From the NCBI GenBank assembly GCA_964601715.1, contig CAZROM010000002.1, positions 2,155 to 66,154 on the forward strand: DNA of 64,000 nt, in the 5' to 3' direction. This document shows positions 63,796 to 64,000 of the stretch, one piece after another (the first letter of the stretch is position 1; the number at the start of each line of letters is the position of its first letter). The notes beneath the pieces were generated by a model. The model worked only from the letters and a program-made list of their open reading frames with translations, was not told where the DNA came from and did no database searches. This DNA is from an uncultured Candidatus Peribacteria bacterium (GTDB lineage: Bacteria; Patescibacteriota; Gracilibacteria; UBA1369; 2-02-FULL-48-14). A program made the translations under genes and the position numbers.

Positions 63796-64000
63796 TTAAA
63801 CCAGTTTTACCTTGTCGAATTCTGGGTCGATCGTGAGGCGGCTTTCTTCGGGCAAGGTTTGACCTTGGTACTTGGAAGACGCTTTTTTATTGTAAGGAAC
63901 GTCGGCTGGACTGCTCATTTCTTCGAAAGCCAATTGGCAAACGCGCATTCCTGGGTATAAAGCCACGGGCATGCGGTTGATGTTGGTGATTTCAAGAGTG
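63796..64000 (-). CDS. dcd: dCTP deaminase, C-terminal fragment (5' part lies outside the window)
   Basis: My translation of the minus strand gives LEITNINRMPVALYPGMRVCQLAFEEMSSPADVPYNKKASSKYQGQTLPEESRL, ending at a TAA (63796-63798). The PGMRxxQLxF and KYQGQ blocks are Dcd-like. Confidence 0.7.
   Translation of the reverse strand, partial: TLEITNINRMPVALYPGMRVCQLAFEEMSSPADVPYNKKASSKYQGQTLPEESRLTIDPEFDKVKLV

Overview
This is a gene-dense bacterial window, roughly 90% coding on both strands, and it reads correctly in the standard genetic code. Neighbouring genes often overlap by 1-47 nt, including several ATGA stop/start overlaps, and few genes have a Shine-Dalgarno sequence. The gene content points to a reduced-genome, Patescibacteria/CPR-like bacterium (inference only): unlinked rRNA genes, a PrgI-like/VirB4-N remnant, orphan solute-binding proteins, expanded TrmB-like regulators, Elp3, an archaeal-type PEP carboxylase and many small membrane ORFans.

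Contents:
- A 23S-5S rRNA unit with its own promoter and no 16S.
- Five tRNAs: Ile-GAU, Ala-UGC, Val-CAC, Val-UAC and Leu-GAG, all on the minus strand with encoded CCA.
- About 65 CDSs. Clear housekeeping genes are lepA, glyA, tyrS, recG, gatB, lepB, fmt, ssb, ribE, ribH, pgk, ruvX, rplI, secG, ileS and a partial dcd.
- Envelope genes: an SLH protein, a TagA-like transferase, a CsaB-like transferase, a GT-B glycosyltransferase and a Wzy_C-like protein.

Most noteworthy observations:
1. A divergent Elp3 + Trm9-like methyltransferase pair at 36.4-38.7 kb. It looks like a eukaryote/archaeon-style mcm5U tRNA wobble pathway in a bacterium.
2. Two hairpin terminators between convergent genes, at 13.05 kb and 19.0 kb. 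Their stems are unrelated, but their 36-nt loops are 33/36 identical.
3. Three paralogous TrmB-like regulators around an ORFan at 20.3-23.7 kb, with a repeated operator-like motif and a compositional breakpoint inside one paralog.
4. A PrgI + VirB4-N-terminal-only pair followed by a RelA/SpoT-HD-like ORFan at 5.0-7.6 kb.
5. A 983-aa membrane protein with a pre-toxin-TG-like motif and a glycine-zipper tail.
6. A solute-binding protein gene directly upstream of a HAMP-PP2C membrane sensor gene.
7. A structured terminator/antiterminator leader upstream of ileS that is not a recognisable T-box.
8. Several AT-rich ORFan islands, some with near-consensus promoters whose -10 box sits inside an inverted repeat.

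No CRISPR array, transposase, integrase or reverse transcriptase was seen. All functional calls rest on motif recognition by eye, and none was confirmed by a database search.
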